Of a stretch of DNA of 64,000 nucleotides, positions 26,328 through 36,896 are shown one piece after another. The notes beneath the pieces are model-generated. The model did no database searches and was not told where the DNA came from. It worked only from the letters and a program-made list of their open reading frames with translations. This DNA is from an uncultured Actinomycetes bacterium (lineage in GTDB: Bacteria; Actinomycetota; UBA4738; HRBIN12): positions 270,417 to 334,416 of the forward strand of contig CAVTIC010000001.1 in the NCBI GenBank assembly GCA_963734685.1, read 5' to 3'. Position 1 is the first letter of the stretch, and each line of letters begins with the position of its first letter. The translations under genes were made by a program, and so were the position numbers.

Positions 26328-29300
26328 TTGTTGATCGCCGCCGGCCAGTTCCTGTTCATCGCCGGCGACATCGTCTCCTACAACTACGTGCACTTCTCGG
26401 ATGCGTTCCCGCAGGTGTTCCCGCTCGACTTCACGTTCAATCCGATGGGCGACGTGCCGTTCCCGGGACCGGCGGACCTGTTGTACCTCAGCGTCTATCC
26501 ATGCCTGATCGCCGGCGTGATGCTCCTGATCCGCGCGAGGAACCCGGGCCGCGACCGCGCGAGCCTGCTCGACTCGGCCATGGTGGCGATCGGCGTCGGC
26601 ACGGTCTCGTGGGTGCTGTTGATCGCGCCGTACCTCGACATCGCCGACCTGGACTTGAAGATCAAGCTCACGGCGATGGCCTACCCGACGATGGACCTCC
26701 TGCTCGCGGTGGTCGCGATCCGGCTGGCCGTGGGGGCGGGGCGTCGCCCGGTCGCGTTCTACCTGTTGATGGCGTCCATCGTGGCGTTGTTCGCCACCGA
26801 CGCGATCTACGCCTGGTTCGGTCTGTACACCGAGAGCGGGTACCAGCCGGGGAGCGGCTGGCTCGAAGCCGGCTGGATGTCGTTCTACGTGCTGCTGTGC
26901 ACCGCCGCCCTGCACCCGTCGATGCGTGCCCTGACCGAGCGGGCTCCCGAGCGCGAGGAGCGGCTCACCGTCGGCCGCCTCCTGCTGCTCACGGTGGCCG
27001 CCGTGTCGCCCCCGGTGTTGCGCCTCGTGCAGTGGGCCCGCGGCGAGGACGTCGACGTCGGCGTGCTGAGCGCCGCGTCGATCGTGCTGTTCCTGCTGGT
27101 CGTCGTCCGCATGGCGGGGTTGATCCGTCAGCAGGAGCGTTCCGCCGAGCGCGAGCGTGCCCTGCGGAAGGCGGGCGCGGCCCTCGTGACCGCCACGAGC
27201 CGCGAGGGCATCCATGAAGCTACGATCGACGCCGCGAGGGCCCTCGCCGGCGACGACGCGGCGATCCGCATGTGCGACGAGCCGGACGGGAAGGACCAAC
27301 TCGTGGTCGTCGCGGCGGCCGGCGGCACCGAGGACGTGCACGACGTCCGGTTCGCCTTCTCCACCTTGCAGGAATGGAAGCGCCAGCGCCTCCTGGAGAA
27401 CGACGCCTACCTGGTCAGGTCGTACGAGAGCACCCTGCGCGAGCCACTCAGCCTGCCCGCCGGCGACGAGGGCTCGGTCTTCGTCGCCCCCCTCTTCATC
27501 CGTGACGAGCTGCACGGACTGATGGTGGTGGCCACCCCGGAGGAGATGCCGCGCTCCGTCGCGGACTCCCTGCGGGCGCTCTCGTCGCAGGTGGCCCTCG
27601 CCCTCGAGTCCGCCGCGCTCACCGAGGACCTGGTGATCAAGCAGAGCGAGGCGCGGTTCGCCTCGCTCGTGAGCAACTCGTCCGACGTCGTCTGCGTGCT
27701 CGACCCCGACACGACCGTGACCTACGCGAGCCCGTCCACCCTCAGGGTGCTCGGCTTCGACCCGAGCCACGTCGAGGGCACGCGGTTCTCCGACCTGATC
27801 CACCCCGACGACATGACCCGGGTGCTGCAGTTCTTGTCCCCGGTCGGCGACGCCGAGGGGCACACCGGACTGGTGGAGTTCCGCATCCGGCGTCGCGACG
27901 GCGAGTATGTACATACCGAGACGCTTCGCACGACGCTGCTGCACGATCCGAACGTGCGGGGCATCGTGCTGAACACCCGTGACGTCACCGAACGCAAGCA
28001 GTTCGAGGAGCAGCTCTCGCACCAGGCCTTCCACGACACGGTCACGACGCTCGCGAACCGGGCGCTCTTCCACGACCGCGTCACGCACGCCTTGGAGCGC
28101 CAGGTGCGGGAGCACGAGCCGATCTCCGTGCTGTTCATGGACCTCGACGACTTCAAGACGATCAACGACTCCCTCGGGCACGCGGCGGGCGACCAGCTCC
28201 TGTACGAGGTCGGCGAGCGTCTGAAGGGCTGCTTGCGCGCAGCCGACACCGCCGCCCGCCTCGGCGGCGACGAGTTCGCGATCCTGCTCGAGGACAGCGA
28301 GGAAGGCGTGCAGGCGGCCGACGTGGCGGAGCGCATCATGCAGATGCTGGAGGAGCCGTTCACGCTCGAGGGCAAGGAGGTCTTCGTACGCGCGTCGGTG
28401 GGCATCGCCACCGCGGACGGCGAGCGGGCCGGCGACGTCGAGGAGCTGCTCCGCAACGCCGACGTCGCGATGTACATGGCCAAGGAACGCGGCAAGGGTC
28501 GGTACCAGGTGTTCGAGCCGGCGATGCACGACACGGCGCTCAAGCGTCTCGAACTCAAGGCCGACCTGCAGCGCGCGATCGAGCACGAGGAGTACCAGCT
28601 GCACTACCAGCCCGTGATCGAGCTCGAGACCGGACGCATCTCGGGCGTCGAGGCGCTCGTGCGATGGATCCACCCGGTTCGCGGCCTGGTGCCGCCGCTC
28701 GACTTCATCCCGCTCGCCGAGGAGACCGGGCTCATCGTGCCGATCGGACTCTGGGTCATGCGGGAAGCCTGCCGCTTCGCCGTCGAGCTGCAGGAGCGGT
28801 TCCCGAGCGATCCGTCGTTGCACATGGCGGTCAACCTCTCGGCCCGTCAGATCGCCCGGCCTGAGCTCGTCGACGAGGTGCGCGGGACCCTGGCCGAGAC
28901 GGGCCTCGAACCGCACTCCCTGATCCTCGAGATCACGGAGAGCGTGATGATGCAGGACATGGAGCTCTCGATCGAACGGCTCAGCGCTCTGAAGCGGATC
29001 GGCGTGCAGCTCGCGGTCGACGACTTCGGCACCGGGTACTCCTCGCTGAACTACATCCGGCGGTTCCCGGTCGACATCCTCAAGGTGGACAAGTCGTTCG
29101 TGGACGGGGTGAGCGAGGGCGGCGAGGCGTCGGCGCTGACCGCCGCGGTGATCGAGCTCGCGAGCATCCTCAACCTGAAGCCGGTGGCCGAAGGCATCGA
29201 GCGGGCCGACCAGCTCCAGCGCTTGCTCGAGCTCAGGTGCGACCTGGGGCAAGGCTTCTTCTTCGCGAAGCCGCTGCCGGGCGAGGAGTTGACCGCCCTG

Positions 29301-29363
29301 CTCGACGAACGCGCTGCGATGCAGTCCGAAGCCGACGCCCTCGCCCGCGGCCGTCAGCTCTGA
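26328..29363 (+). CDS. membrane sensor – GAF – PAS – GGDEF – EAL c-di-GMP signalling protein (N-terminal membrane domain apparently frameshifted; continues from 26159 in another frame)
   Basis: GGDEF (…RLGGDEFAILL…), EAL (…EALVRW…, …DDFGTGYSSL…, …KVDKSFV…), and multi-TM N-terminus. The ORF at 26159..26330 in a different frame encodes two more TM helices contiguous with it. Confidence 0.8.
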   Translation: MLIAAGQFLFIAGDIVSYNYVHFSDAFPQVFPLDFTFNPMGDVPFPGPADLLYLSVYPCLIAGVMLLIRARNPGRDRASLLDSAMVAIGVGTVSWVLLIAPYLDIADLDLKIKLTAMAYPTMDLLLAVVAIRLAVGAGRRPVAFYLLMASIVALFATDAIYAWFGLYTESGYQPGSGWLEAGWMSFYVLLCTAALHPSMRALTERAPEREERLTVGRLLLLTVAAVSPPVLRLVQWARGEDVDVGVLSAASIVLFLLVVVRMAGLIRQQERSAERERALRKAGAALVTATSREGIHEATIDAARALAGDDAAIRMCDEPDGKDQLVVVAAAGGTEDVHDVRFAFSTLQEWKRQRLLENDAYLVRSYESTLREPLSLPAGDEGSVFVAPLFIRDELHGLMVVATPEEMPRSVADSLRALSSQVALALESAALTEDLVIKQSEARFASLVSNSSDVVCVLDPDTTVTYASPSTLRVLGFDPSHVEGTRFSDLIHPDDMTRVLQFLSPVGDAEGHTGLVEFRIRRRDGEYVHTETLRTTLLHDPNVRGIVLNTRDVTERKQFEEQLSHQAFHDTVTTLANRALFHDRVTHALERQVREHEPISVLFMDLDDFKTINDSLGHAAGDQLLYEVGERLKGCLRAADTAARLGGDEFAILLEDSEEGVQAADVAERIMQMLEEPFTLEGKEVFVRASVGIATADGERAGDVEELLRNADVAMYMAKERGKGRYQVFEPAMHDTALKRLELKADLQRAIEHEEYQLHYQPVIELETGRISGVEALVRWIHPVRGLVPPLDFIPLAEETGLIVPIGLWVMREACRFAVELQERFPSDPSLHMAVNLSARQIARPELVDEVRGTLAETGLEPHSLILEITESVMMQDMELSIERLSALKRIGVQLAVDDFGTGYSSLNYIRRFPVDILKVDKSFVDGVSEGGEASALTAAVIELASILNLKPVAEGIERADQLQRLLELRCDLGQGFFFAKPLPGEELTALLDERAAMQSEADALARGRQL

Positions 29364-29448
29364 CGCCCCGTCGGTCGCCGGATCACCGCGCGGAAACCTC
29401 GCGGATCCCGTGGCGACGGGCCCGCGAGCCCGTACCCTGGTGCGGTCC

Positions 29449-30639
29449 ATGCGCCGGCTCCTGGTCACGATCGGTCTGAGCGTTGCGTTCGCGCTGCTTG
29501 CGCAGGCACCCTCGCTCGCCGCACCCCCTCGGTGGGTGCAGCGCGTCGACCGTCTGGTCGGCGCCCGGCCGGTATCGGTCGTGATCGGCTACGCGGGCGA
29601 CACGCTCTATCACCACCACGACCGGGTGCGCCGTCCCCCCGCGTCGAACGAGAAGCTGCTGCTCTCGATGGCGCTGCTGAAACGCGTGGGCGCCGACGCC
29701 ACCCTGCCGACCCGCGTGCTCGCCACCGAGAGGATCGGAGCCGACGGCGTGCTCGAGGGCGATCTGTGGATCGTCGGTCACGGCGATCCGGAGATCGACG
29801 GCACGGACATGGCTGCGCTCGCGCGAGCGCTGGCTGCAGGCGGGGTGGAGCGCGTGCGCGGACGGGTGTTCGGCGCCACGGGCCCGTTCGCACGGGACTG
29901 GTTCGCGCCGGGGTGGCGCGACTACTTCCCCGACTACTACATCGCTTTGCCGACGGCACTCACGTTCCGTTTCAACGAACGGGCGGGTGGGCGACACGTC
30001 ACCGACCCCGAACGCCTCGCCGCGAGAGCACTCACGAAGAAGCTGGAAGCTCGCGGTGTGCGCGTGTCCGGGAAGGCCGGCCTCGGCCCCGCTCCGAAGG
30101 GACTCGTGGGAGTGGCGACGGTGCAGAGCGATCCGCTCGCGGAGATCATGCGGCGGATGAACACGGTGTCGAGCAACTTCCGGGCCGAGGTGCTCGGCAA
30201 GATGCTCGGCGCGACCCGGATCCGCCCGCCGGGCACGATCGCGAAGGGAGCGCGAGCGATCGAGACGTTCGCCGCGAGCCGCGGCGTGCGGGTCACGGCG
30301 CATGACTCGTCAGGCCTCTCGTACGACAACAGGGTGACCGCCCAGGGCATCGTGGAACTCCTCACCGACGCCGAGCGGGCCCCGTGGGGCGAGATCCTGC
30401 GCGGCACCTTGCCGGCGGGCGGCGAGGGCACCCTCGACGGCCGCCTCGAGACCGTGACCCTGCGAGCGAAGACCGGCACCCTGATCGACGTGTCCGCACT
30501 CTCCGGTTGGGTGTGGCTCGAGCGCGAGGATGCGTGGGCGGCCTTCTCGATCCTGTCGAGCGGCATGGACGAGGATCGGGCGAAGATGATCGAGAACAAG
30601 ATCGTGCGCGTGGTCAGCGCCAACGCCGGCCCGCGCTGA
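29449..30639 (+). CDS. dacB: D-alanyl-D-alanine carboxypeptidase/endopeptidase (PBP4, peptidase S13)
   Basis: Signal peptide, SxxK (ASNEKLL), SxN-like and KTG (KTGT) motifs of class-C PBPs. Confidence 0.75.
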   Translation: MRRLLVTIGLSVAFALLAQAPSLAAPPRWVQRVDRLVGARPVSVVIGYAGDTLYHHHDRVRRPPASNEKLLLSMALLKRVGADATLPTRVLATERIGADGVLEGDLWIVGHGDPEIDGTDMAALARALAAGGVERVRGRVFGATGPFARDWFAPGWRDYFPDYYIALPTALTFRFNERAGGRHVTDPERLAARALTKKLEARGVRVSGKAGLGPAPKGLVGVATVQSDPLAEIMRRMNTVSSNFRAEVLGKMLGATRIRPPGTIAKGARAIETFAASRGVRVTAHDSSGLSYDNRVTAQGIVELLTDAERAPWGEILRGTLPAGGEGTLDGRLETVTLRAKTGTLIDVSALSGWVWLEREDAWAAFSILSSGMDEDRAKMIENKIVRVVSANAGPR

Positions 30640-30680
30640 TCGTCACAGGTCGATCGCGGAGCGAACGATCTGCAGGTCTG

Positions 30681-32270
30681 TCACTCCTCGGGCGCCCGCG
30701 GATGGAGCAGCCCGAACGTGTAGCCGTCGACGAGCGCTTCCCACGACGCCTCGATGATGTTCTCACTCACCCCCACCGTGGTCCACTCGCGCTCGCCGTT
30801 CGACAGGTCGATCAGCACCCTCACGACGGCGCCGGTGCCGTGGGTGCCGCTGAGCACACGCACCCGGAAGTCCTCGAGCTCCATCTGGTCGAGTGCTGGG
30901 TAGTCGTTCGCGAGCGCCTTGCGCAACGCGGTGTCGAGCGCGCCCACGGGACCCTGGCCTTCGGCCGACTCGATGTGACGCGAGCCCTGCGTGCGAACCT
31001 TCACCGTGGCCTCGGCGAGCGGCGGCTCGTCGTCGCCGACCCGTTCCTCGACGTGCACGCGGTAGCTCTCGATCTCGAAGAACGGCTGGGACCAGCCTCC
31101 GGCGCGACGCATCAGCATCTCGAGCGAGGCCTCGGCCACATCGAACGCGTAGCCGAGCGACTCGCGTTGCTTGATCTGCTCGACCACCGCCGGGATCGAC
31201 GCATCGTCCAGATCGAGGCCGAGCTCCTCGGCCTTCATGCGGATCGTGGCGCTGCCGCCGTAGTCCGATGCCACCACGCCTCGGCGGTTCCCGACCGTCT
31301 CGGGAGGCACGTGCTCGTAGGCGCGAGAGACCCGCGCGACGCCGCTCGTGTGCAATCCAGCCTTGTGCGTGAACGCGTACCGCCCCGTGTACGGCTGGCG
31401 CGAGTCGGGCGCCAGGTTCGCGATCTCCGCCACGTAGTGGGCGAGCTCGGTGAGGTGCTCGACGGCCCCTTCGGGCAACGCGTCGGTCGCCCCCATCTTC
31501 AGCACGAGGTCCGCCGTGAGCGGGATCAGGTCGGCGTTGCCGGTGCGCTCGCCGTAACCGTTGATCGTCCCCTGCACCTGGAGCACACCGGCGTCGACCG
31601 CCACGAGCGAGTTCGCGACCGCGCATCCGGCATCGTTGTGCACGTGGATGCCGAGCGGCACGCTCGCCTGCGCCTTCACCTCGCCGACGACCCGCCCGAT
31701 GTCGAAGGGCAGCATGCCGCCGTTCGTGTCGCAGAGCACGAGGCGCTCGGCGCCGGCTTCCTCGGCCGCAGCGAGCACGGCCATCGCGAACGCCCGGTCG
31801 GACCGGTAGCCGTCGAAGAAGTGCTCGGCGTCGAAGAACACCCGGCGCCCCTGGGTGCGCAGGAACTCGACCGAGTCGCGCACCATCGCGACCCCTTCCT
31901 CCAGGTCGGTGCGCAGGGCCGCCGTGATGTGCAGGTCCCAGGACTTCCCGACGAGGCACACGACCTCGGTACCGGCATCGAGCAGGTCACGCAGCACCTG
32001 GGACCCGTCGGCGCGCTCCCCCGCACGCCGGGTCATGCCGAACGCCGTGAGCGTGCTGGTCTTCAGTGTCTCCTCCGTCGCGAGCCGGAAGAACTCGGTG
32101 TCGCGAGGGTTCGCGCCCGGCCAGCCACCTTCCACGTACGGGAAGCCGATCTGGTCGAGCTTGTGCAGGATGCGGAGCCGGTCCTCGACCGTGTACGAGA
32201 GGTCGGCCTGCTGCGCGCCGTCACGCAGGGTCGTGTCGTACAGCTCGACGACGGGGGCAGGCTCGTTCAT
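30681..32270 (-). CDS. cimA: (R)-citramalate synthase (LeuA-family, CimA type)
   Basis: …YDTTLRDGAQ…VEGGWPGANPRD… signature of the CimA clade, the HxH metal site (IHVHND), and a LeuA-dimer C-terminal domain. GGAGGG RBS. ATGA overlap with the leuB stop. Confidence 0.8.
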   Translation of the reverse strand: MNEPAPVVELYDTTLRDGAQQADLSYTVEDRLRILHKLDQIGFPYVEGGWPGANPRDTEFFRLATEETLKTSTLTAFGMTRRAGERADGSQVLRDLLDAGTEVVCLVGKSWDLHITAALRTDLEEGVAMVRDSVEFLRTQGRRVFFDAEHFFDGYRSDRAFAMAVLAAAEEAGAERLVLCDTNGGMLPFDIGRVVGEVKAQASVPLGIHVHNDAGCAVANSLVAVDAGVLQVQGTINGYGERTGNADLIPLTADLVLKMGATDALPEGAVEHLTELAHYVAEIANLAPDSRQPYTGRYAFTHKAGLHTSGVARVSRAYEHVPPETVGNRRGVVASDYGGSATIRMKAEELGLDLDDASIPAVVEQIKQRESLGYAFDVAEASLEMLMRRAGGWSQPFFEIESYRVHVEERVGDDEPPLAEATVKVRTQGSRHIESAEGQGPVGALDTALRKALANDYPALDQMELEDFRVRVLSGTHGTGAVVRVLIDLSNGEREWTTVGVSENIIEASWEALVDGYTFGLLHPRAPEE

Positions 32271-33325
32271 GCCGTCGCTCCCTCCACGACGAGGTCGCCG
32301 ACCTCGCTCGTGGTGAAGCCCATCTCCCCGGCTCGCATCGACTTCATCTGCTGCGTCGCGGCGCGGATGCCCCGATCCACCCGGTCGGCGGACCCTGCCT
32401 CGCCGAGCTGTCGCAGCAGCATCTCGAGCGCGCCGATCGCCGCGAGCGGGTTGATCGAGCCCTTGCCGGTCTCGCTCGGCGCCGTGCCCCCGATCGGCTC
32501 GAACATCGAGACGCCATCGGGATTGATGTTCCCGCCGGCGGCGATGCCCATACCGCCCTGGATCATGGCGCCGAGGTCGGTGATGATGTCGCCGAACATG
32601 TTGTCGGTGACGATCACGTCGAACCGGCCGGGCGAATCCAGGAAGTAGATGCACGCAGCGTCGACGTGAACGTAGTCGGTCTCGACCTCGGGGAACCCCG
32701 CCGACACCTCGTCGACCACCCGCTGGTACAGATCCCCGGCGAACGTGAGCACGTTCGTCTTGTGCACGAGCGTGAGCGTCTTCCGTCGATGAGGCTGCAT
32801 CGCGAGCTCGAACGCGTACCGGACGATGCGCTCTACGCCGTGGCGCGTGTTGATCGATTCCTGCACGGCCACCTCGTGCGCCGTCCCCTTCCGATGGAAC
32901 CCGCCGGCGCCCGAGTAGAGCCCCTCGCTGTTCTCGCGCACGACGATCATGTCCACGTCGTCCTCGGTGTGACTCGGCACGAGCGTCTGCACACCGGGGT
33001 AGCGCACCACCGGCCGCAGGTTCACGTACTGGTCGAGCCCGAACCGGGCCTTCAGGAGCAGATCGCGCTCCAGGATGCCCGGCTTCACCCTCGGATCGCC
33101 GACCGCTCCGAGGTAGATCGCGTCGAGCTGCCCCAGCCGCTCGAGCTCCTCGTCGGGGAGCGTGTCGCCGGTGCGCAGGTACCGGTCGGCGCCGAGGTCG
33201 AACTCCACGAGCTCGAACGCGGCATCGCCGCGTACCGCGTCGAGCACCTTCAGACCTTCACCGATCACCTCGGGGCCGGTGCCGTCGCCGCGGATGACGC
33301 CGATCGAGTAGGGACCGCCGGTCAC
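32267..33325 (-). CDS. leuB: 3-isopropylmalate dehydrogenase
   Basis: …YSIGVIRGDGTGPEV…, …LGAVGDP…, …NMFGDIITDLGAM… A GTG at 33325 is preceded by GGAGGCG. The upstream part of the track ORF is Arg-rich junk. Confidence 0.85.
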   Translation of the reverse strand: MTGGPYSIGVIRGDGTGPEVIGEGLKVLDAVRGDAAFELVEFDLGADRYLRTGDTLPDEELERLGQLDAIYLGAVGDPRVKPGILERDLLLKARFGLDQYVNLRPVVRYPGVQTLVPSHTEDDVDMIVVRENSEGLYSGAGGFHRKGTAHEVAVQESINTRHGVERIVRYAFELAMQPHRRKTLTLVHKTNVLTFAGDLYQRVVDEVSAGFPEVETDYVHVDAACIYFLDSPGRFDVIVTDNMFGDIITDLGAMIQGGMGIAAGGNINPDGVSMFEPIGGTAPSETGKGSINPLAAIGALEMLLRQLGEAGSADRVDRGIRAATQQMKSMRAGEMGFTTSEVGDLVVEGATA

Positions 33326-33426
33326 GCCGCTCGCGCCTCCTCGGCCCGCTCGACCCCGAACCGCGACCGGACATACACCCGCGGCCGATGACCGCCGAGG
33401 ATCGGCCGGTCGGAGGGGAGGACGCG

Positions 33427-33696
33427 ATGGCGCGGCTGATGGTTCGACACTCGGTCTCCGATTACTCCGCGTGGCGCAAGGTCTACGACGACTTCGACGA
33501 CACCCGCGGCCAGATGGGGGTGACCGCCCAGGCCGTGTTCCGGTCGGTGGACGATCCCACCGATCTGACCGTGACCCACGACTTCGCGACGACGGAGCAG
33601 GCCAAGGCGTTCGCTTCCTCCGCCGAACTGCGCGCCGCGATGCAGCAGGCCGGGGTCGTGGGCGAGCCGGAGATCTGGTTCGTCGACGAAGCCTGA
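33427..33696 (+). CDS. small hypothetical protein (89 aa)
   Basis: The ATG at 33427 has a GGGAGG RBS. Protein-like composition. It is inserted between leuB and leuA on the opposite strand. Confidence 0.4.
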   Translation: MARLMVRHSVSDYSAWRKVYDDFDDTRGQMGVTAQAVFRSVDDPTDLTVTHDFATTEQAKAFASSAELRAAMQQAGVVGEPEIWFVDEA

Positions 33697-33707
33697 ACCG
33701 AGCGGGT

Positions 33708-35297
33708 TCACGGGGTCTCCTCGTTCGACGCGCTCTGTGACGACATGTGCAAGGCCCGGTTGACCGCGGCGAGATAGGCGCGCGCGCTCGCCTCGACGAC
33801 GTCGGTGGCGACGCCACGGCCGGTCACCCGGCGCCCGTCGACGTCGATCTGCACGACGACGTCACCGAGCGCGTCGGTGCCGCCGGTCACGCTCGAGACG
33901 TGGAAGTTCACGAGTCGACCCTCGACGCCGGCGGCCCGTTGGATCGCACCCATCGCGGCGTCGATCAGGCCGTCGCCCATCGCGGATTCCTCGATCACCT
34001 CCTCGCCACGGCGCAGACGCACGGTGGCCCGGGGTTGCAGATGCGTGCCGCCGCCCATCTGCAGTGACTCCATCACGAGCACGTCCTCGTCGGTCGCGCC
34101 GAGCTCCTCGGCGACGATCGCCGCGAGGTCCTGATCGGTGATCTGCACCTTGCGATCGGCGAGATCCTTGAACCGGCCGAATGCTCGGTTCAGGTGATCG
34201 TCGTCGAGCGAGATGCCGATCTTGTCGAGGGCGTCGACGAACGCGTGCCGGCCGGAGTGCTTGCCCAGCACGAGCGCGTTGCCCTCGAGCCCGATCTCGA
34301 CCGGATCCATGATCTCGTAGGTCGCGCGGTTGCTCAGTACGCCGTGCTGATGGATGCCGCTCTCGTGCGCGAACGCGCTCGAGCCCACGACCGCCTTGTT
34401 CGGCTGCACGTTGTACCCGGTCGTCATCGCGACGAGACGAGAGGTGCGGACGATCTCCTTGATGTTCAGGTCGTGCGAGCGTCCGAGTGCCTGACCGCGC
34501 GTGCGGATGATCATCGCGATCTCCTCCAACGAGCAGTTGCCGGCGCGCTCTCCGATGCCGTTGACCGCGACCTCGACCTGCCCGGCGCCGTTCTCGATGC
34601 CTGCGAGCGAGTTCGCGACCGCAAGCCCGAGGTCGTTGTGGCAGTGGGTCGAGATCACGATCTCGTCGGGCGTCTGGTCACGCACGATACGGATCAGCTC
34701 GCCGAATTCCGTCGGGGTCGCGTAGCCGACCGTGTCGGGGACGTTGATCGTGGTCGCGCCGCACTCGACCGCGAGCCGGTAACACTCCAGCAGGAACTCG
34801 AGCGGCGTGCGCGTGGCGTCCTGCGCCGAAAACTCCACGTCATCGGTGTAGCTCTTCGCGAGCGAGACGTTCTCGCGGATCGCGTCGAGCACCTGCTGGA
34901 GGCTCATCTTCAGCATCGATTCGCGCTGCACGTCGCTCGTGGAGATGAACGTGTGGATGCGCCAGCGGTCGGCGCCCTTGAGCGCCTCGGCCGCGCGCTC
35001 GATGTCGCCGGTCGCGGTGCGCGCGAGCGCTGCGATCACCGGTCCCTTCACCGTCGAGGCGATCTCGCTGACCGCGTCGAACTCGCCGGGAGACGAGATC
35101 GGGAAGCCCGCCTCGAGGATGTCGACGTTCAGACGGGCGAGCTGCTCGGCGATCTCGACCTTCTCGGCCTTCGTCAACGCGATGCCGGGGGCTTGCTCCC
35201 CGTCGCGAAGGGTCGTGTCGAAGATGCGGACCCGGTTCCCGGTGGGACCGGCGACCGCGCCAGGTACGTCGGATACGTTGCCGTTGCTATCGCTCAT
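33708..35297 (-). CDS. leuA: 2-isopropylmalate synthase (short bacterial type)
   Basis: …[14 protein letters not shown]…, [14 protein letters not shown], …[13 protein letters not shown]…, and a LeuA-dimer C-terminus. GGAAGGTG RBS. The ATG overlaps the ilvC stop (ATGA). Confidence 0.85.
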   Translation of the reverse strand: MSDSNGNVSDVPGAVAGPTGNRVRIFDTTLRDGEQAPGIALTKAEKVEIAEQLARLNVDILEAGFPISSPGEFDAVSEIASTVKGPVIAALARTATGDIERAAEALKGADRWRIHTFISTSDVQRESMLKMSLQQVLDAIRENVSLAKSYTDDVEFSAQDATRTPLEFLLECYRLAVECGATTINVPDTVGYATPTEFGELIRIVRDQTPDEIVISTHCHNDLGLAVANSLAGIENGAGQVEVAVNGIGERAGNCSLEEIAMIIRTRGQALGRSHDLNIKEIVRTSRLVAMTTGYNVQPNKAVVGSSAFAHESGIHQHGVLSNRATYEIMDPVEIGLEGNALVLGKHSGRHAFVDALDKIGISLDDDHLNRAFGRFKDLADRKVQITDQDLAAIVAEELGATDEDVLVMESLQMGGGTHLQPRATVRLRRGEEVIEESAMGDGLIDAAMGAIQRAAGVEGRLVNFHVSSVTGGTDALGDVVVQIDVDGRRVTGRGVATDVVEASARAYLAAVNRALHMSSQSASNEETP

Positions 35298-36308
35298 GCG
35301 GGTGGCACCTTCCGTTCGCTCTCCAGCCAGGGCATCATCTGGCGCAGCTGCCGTCCCACCTGTTCGAGCTGGGACGTCTGCGCCTGCTGGCGAAGTCGGA
35401 AGAACTCCTCGAAGCCACCGTCGGCCTCGGCGATCCACCTCTTCGCGAACGTGCCGTCCTGGATCTCGGCGAGCACCTGGCGCATCCGGTCGCGCGTGTG
35501 ATCGTCGATCACCCGTGGGCCGCTGCTGGTAGTCGCCCCACTCGGCCGTGTCGCTCACCGAGTACCGCATCCACGAGAGCCCACCCTCGTAGATCAGGTC
35601 GATGATCAGCTTCAGCTCGTGCAGGCACTCGAAGTACGCGATCTCGGGCTGGTAGCCCGCTTCGACCAGCGTCTCGAAGCCGTTGCGGATGAGCTCGCTG
35701 ATGCCGCCGCAGAGCACCGTCTGCTCGCCGAACAGATCGGTCTCGGTCTCTTCCTTGAACGTGGTCTCGATGATGCCGGGCTTCGCGCACCCGATCGCCG
35801 CACCGTAGGCGAGCGCGCGGGCCTTCGCCTTGCCGGTCGCATCCTGGTGCACAGCCACGAGGCCGGGGGTGCCGTTCCCCTCCACGTACGTGCGGCGCAC
35901 GAGGTGGCCGGGACCCTTGGGTGCGATCATCGTCACGTCGACACCGGCGGGCGGGATCACCGTGCCGAAGTGGATCGAGAACCCGTGGGCGAACATCAAC
36001 ATGTCGCCGTCCTTCAGGTTCGGCGCGATGTCACTCGCGTACGCGGCACCGTGGGCGGTGTCGGGGAGCAGGCACATCACGACGTCGGCCTCGGCGACGG
36101 CCCCGTCGGTGTCGAGCACGCGGAGCCCGGCGTCCTCGGCCTGCTTGCGGCTGGGCGAGCCCGGGCGGAGCCCGACCCGCACGTCGAGGCCCGAGTCCTG
36201 CATGTTCTGGGCGTGCGCGTGCCCCTGCGACCCGAACCCGAGCACCGCGAGCTTCTGATCGGCGAGCACGCCGGGGTCGGTGTCCTTCTCGTAGTAGATC
36301 GTCGCCAT
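35294..36308 (-). CDS. ilvC: ketol-acid reductoisomerase, interrupted by a 1-nt frameshift near 35515
   Basis: N-terminal 260 aa (MATIYYEKD…[13 protein letters not shown]…) is in one frame. The C-terminus (…[26 protein letters not shown]…MMPWL) is in the frame of ORF 35294..35512. The junction is …taccagCagcggccc… (one extra nt). Confidence 0.8.
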
Positions 36309-36365
36309 CGCTCTTCTCTCCCCAGACGTGCTCGTGGCCGTCGCCGGCCGATAGTCTGACCTGGA

Positions 36366-36896
36366 CTAGCCGGCCTTCGCCGACTTCAACACGCGTTCCC
36401 TGATGCCGCGCTCGCCCCGCGCGAGCGCGATGCGCCCGGTTCGCGAGAGCTCCACGATGCCGAACTCGCTCAGCAGCTCGCGGAGCGCCTCGAGCTTCTC
36501 GGGGCCGCCGCTCGCCTCCACGGTGAGCGTCGACGCGGTGACGTCGACGATGCTCACGCGGAAGACGTCGGCCAGCTCCATGATGCGGGCGCGGGCATCG
36601 CCCTCTGCCCGCACCTTCACGAGCATCAGCTCGCGCTCGACGGCCGTGCCCGGATCGTGCTCGAGGATCTTGATCACGTTGATCAGCTTGTTGAGCTGCT
36701 TCGTGACCTGCTCGAGCGGGCTCTCGTCGACGTTGACGACGATCGTCATGCGCGAGATGCCCGGCGCCTCGGTCGCACCGACCGCGAGCGAGTCGATGTT
36801 GTAGCCACGGGCCGCGAAGAGGCCCGCCACCCGGGTGAGCACACCCGGGCGGTCCTCCACGAGCACCGAGATCGTGTGCAGCGTCGCGCCGTTCAT
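36366..36896 (-). CDS. ilvN: acetolactate synthase small (regulatory) subunit
   Basis: ACT domain ([43 protein letters not shown]…). The ATG overlaps the ilvB stop. Confidence 0.85.
   Translation of the reverse strand: MNGATLHTISVLVEDRPGVLTRVAGLFAARGYNIDSLAVGATEAPGISRMTIVVNVDESPLEQVTKQLNKLINVIKILEHDPGTAVERELMLVKVRAEGDARARIMELADVFRVSIVDVTASTLTVEASGGPEKLEALRELLSEFGIVELSRTGRIALARGERGIRERVLKSAKAG

Noticed and set aside
26319-29468. 1049-aa minus-strand ORF
   Set aside because: It is exactly antisense to the GGDEF-EAL gene, has no domain signatures, and has a low-complexity Arg/Glu/Gly composition.
30384-32648. 754-aa plus-strand ORF
   Set aside because: It is antisense to cimA/leuB and has no recognisable family.
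33708-36308. 866-aa ORF suggesting an IlvC–LeuA fusion
   Set aside because: It is an accidental in-frame read-through created by the ilvC frameshift. The true ilvC C-terminus is in ORF 35294..35512 and leuA has its own RBS/ATG at 35297.
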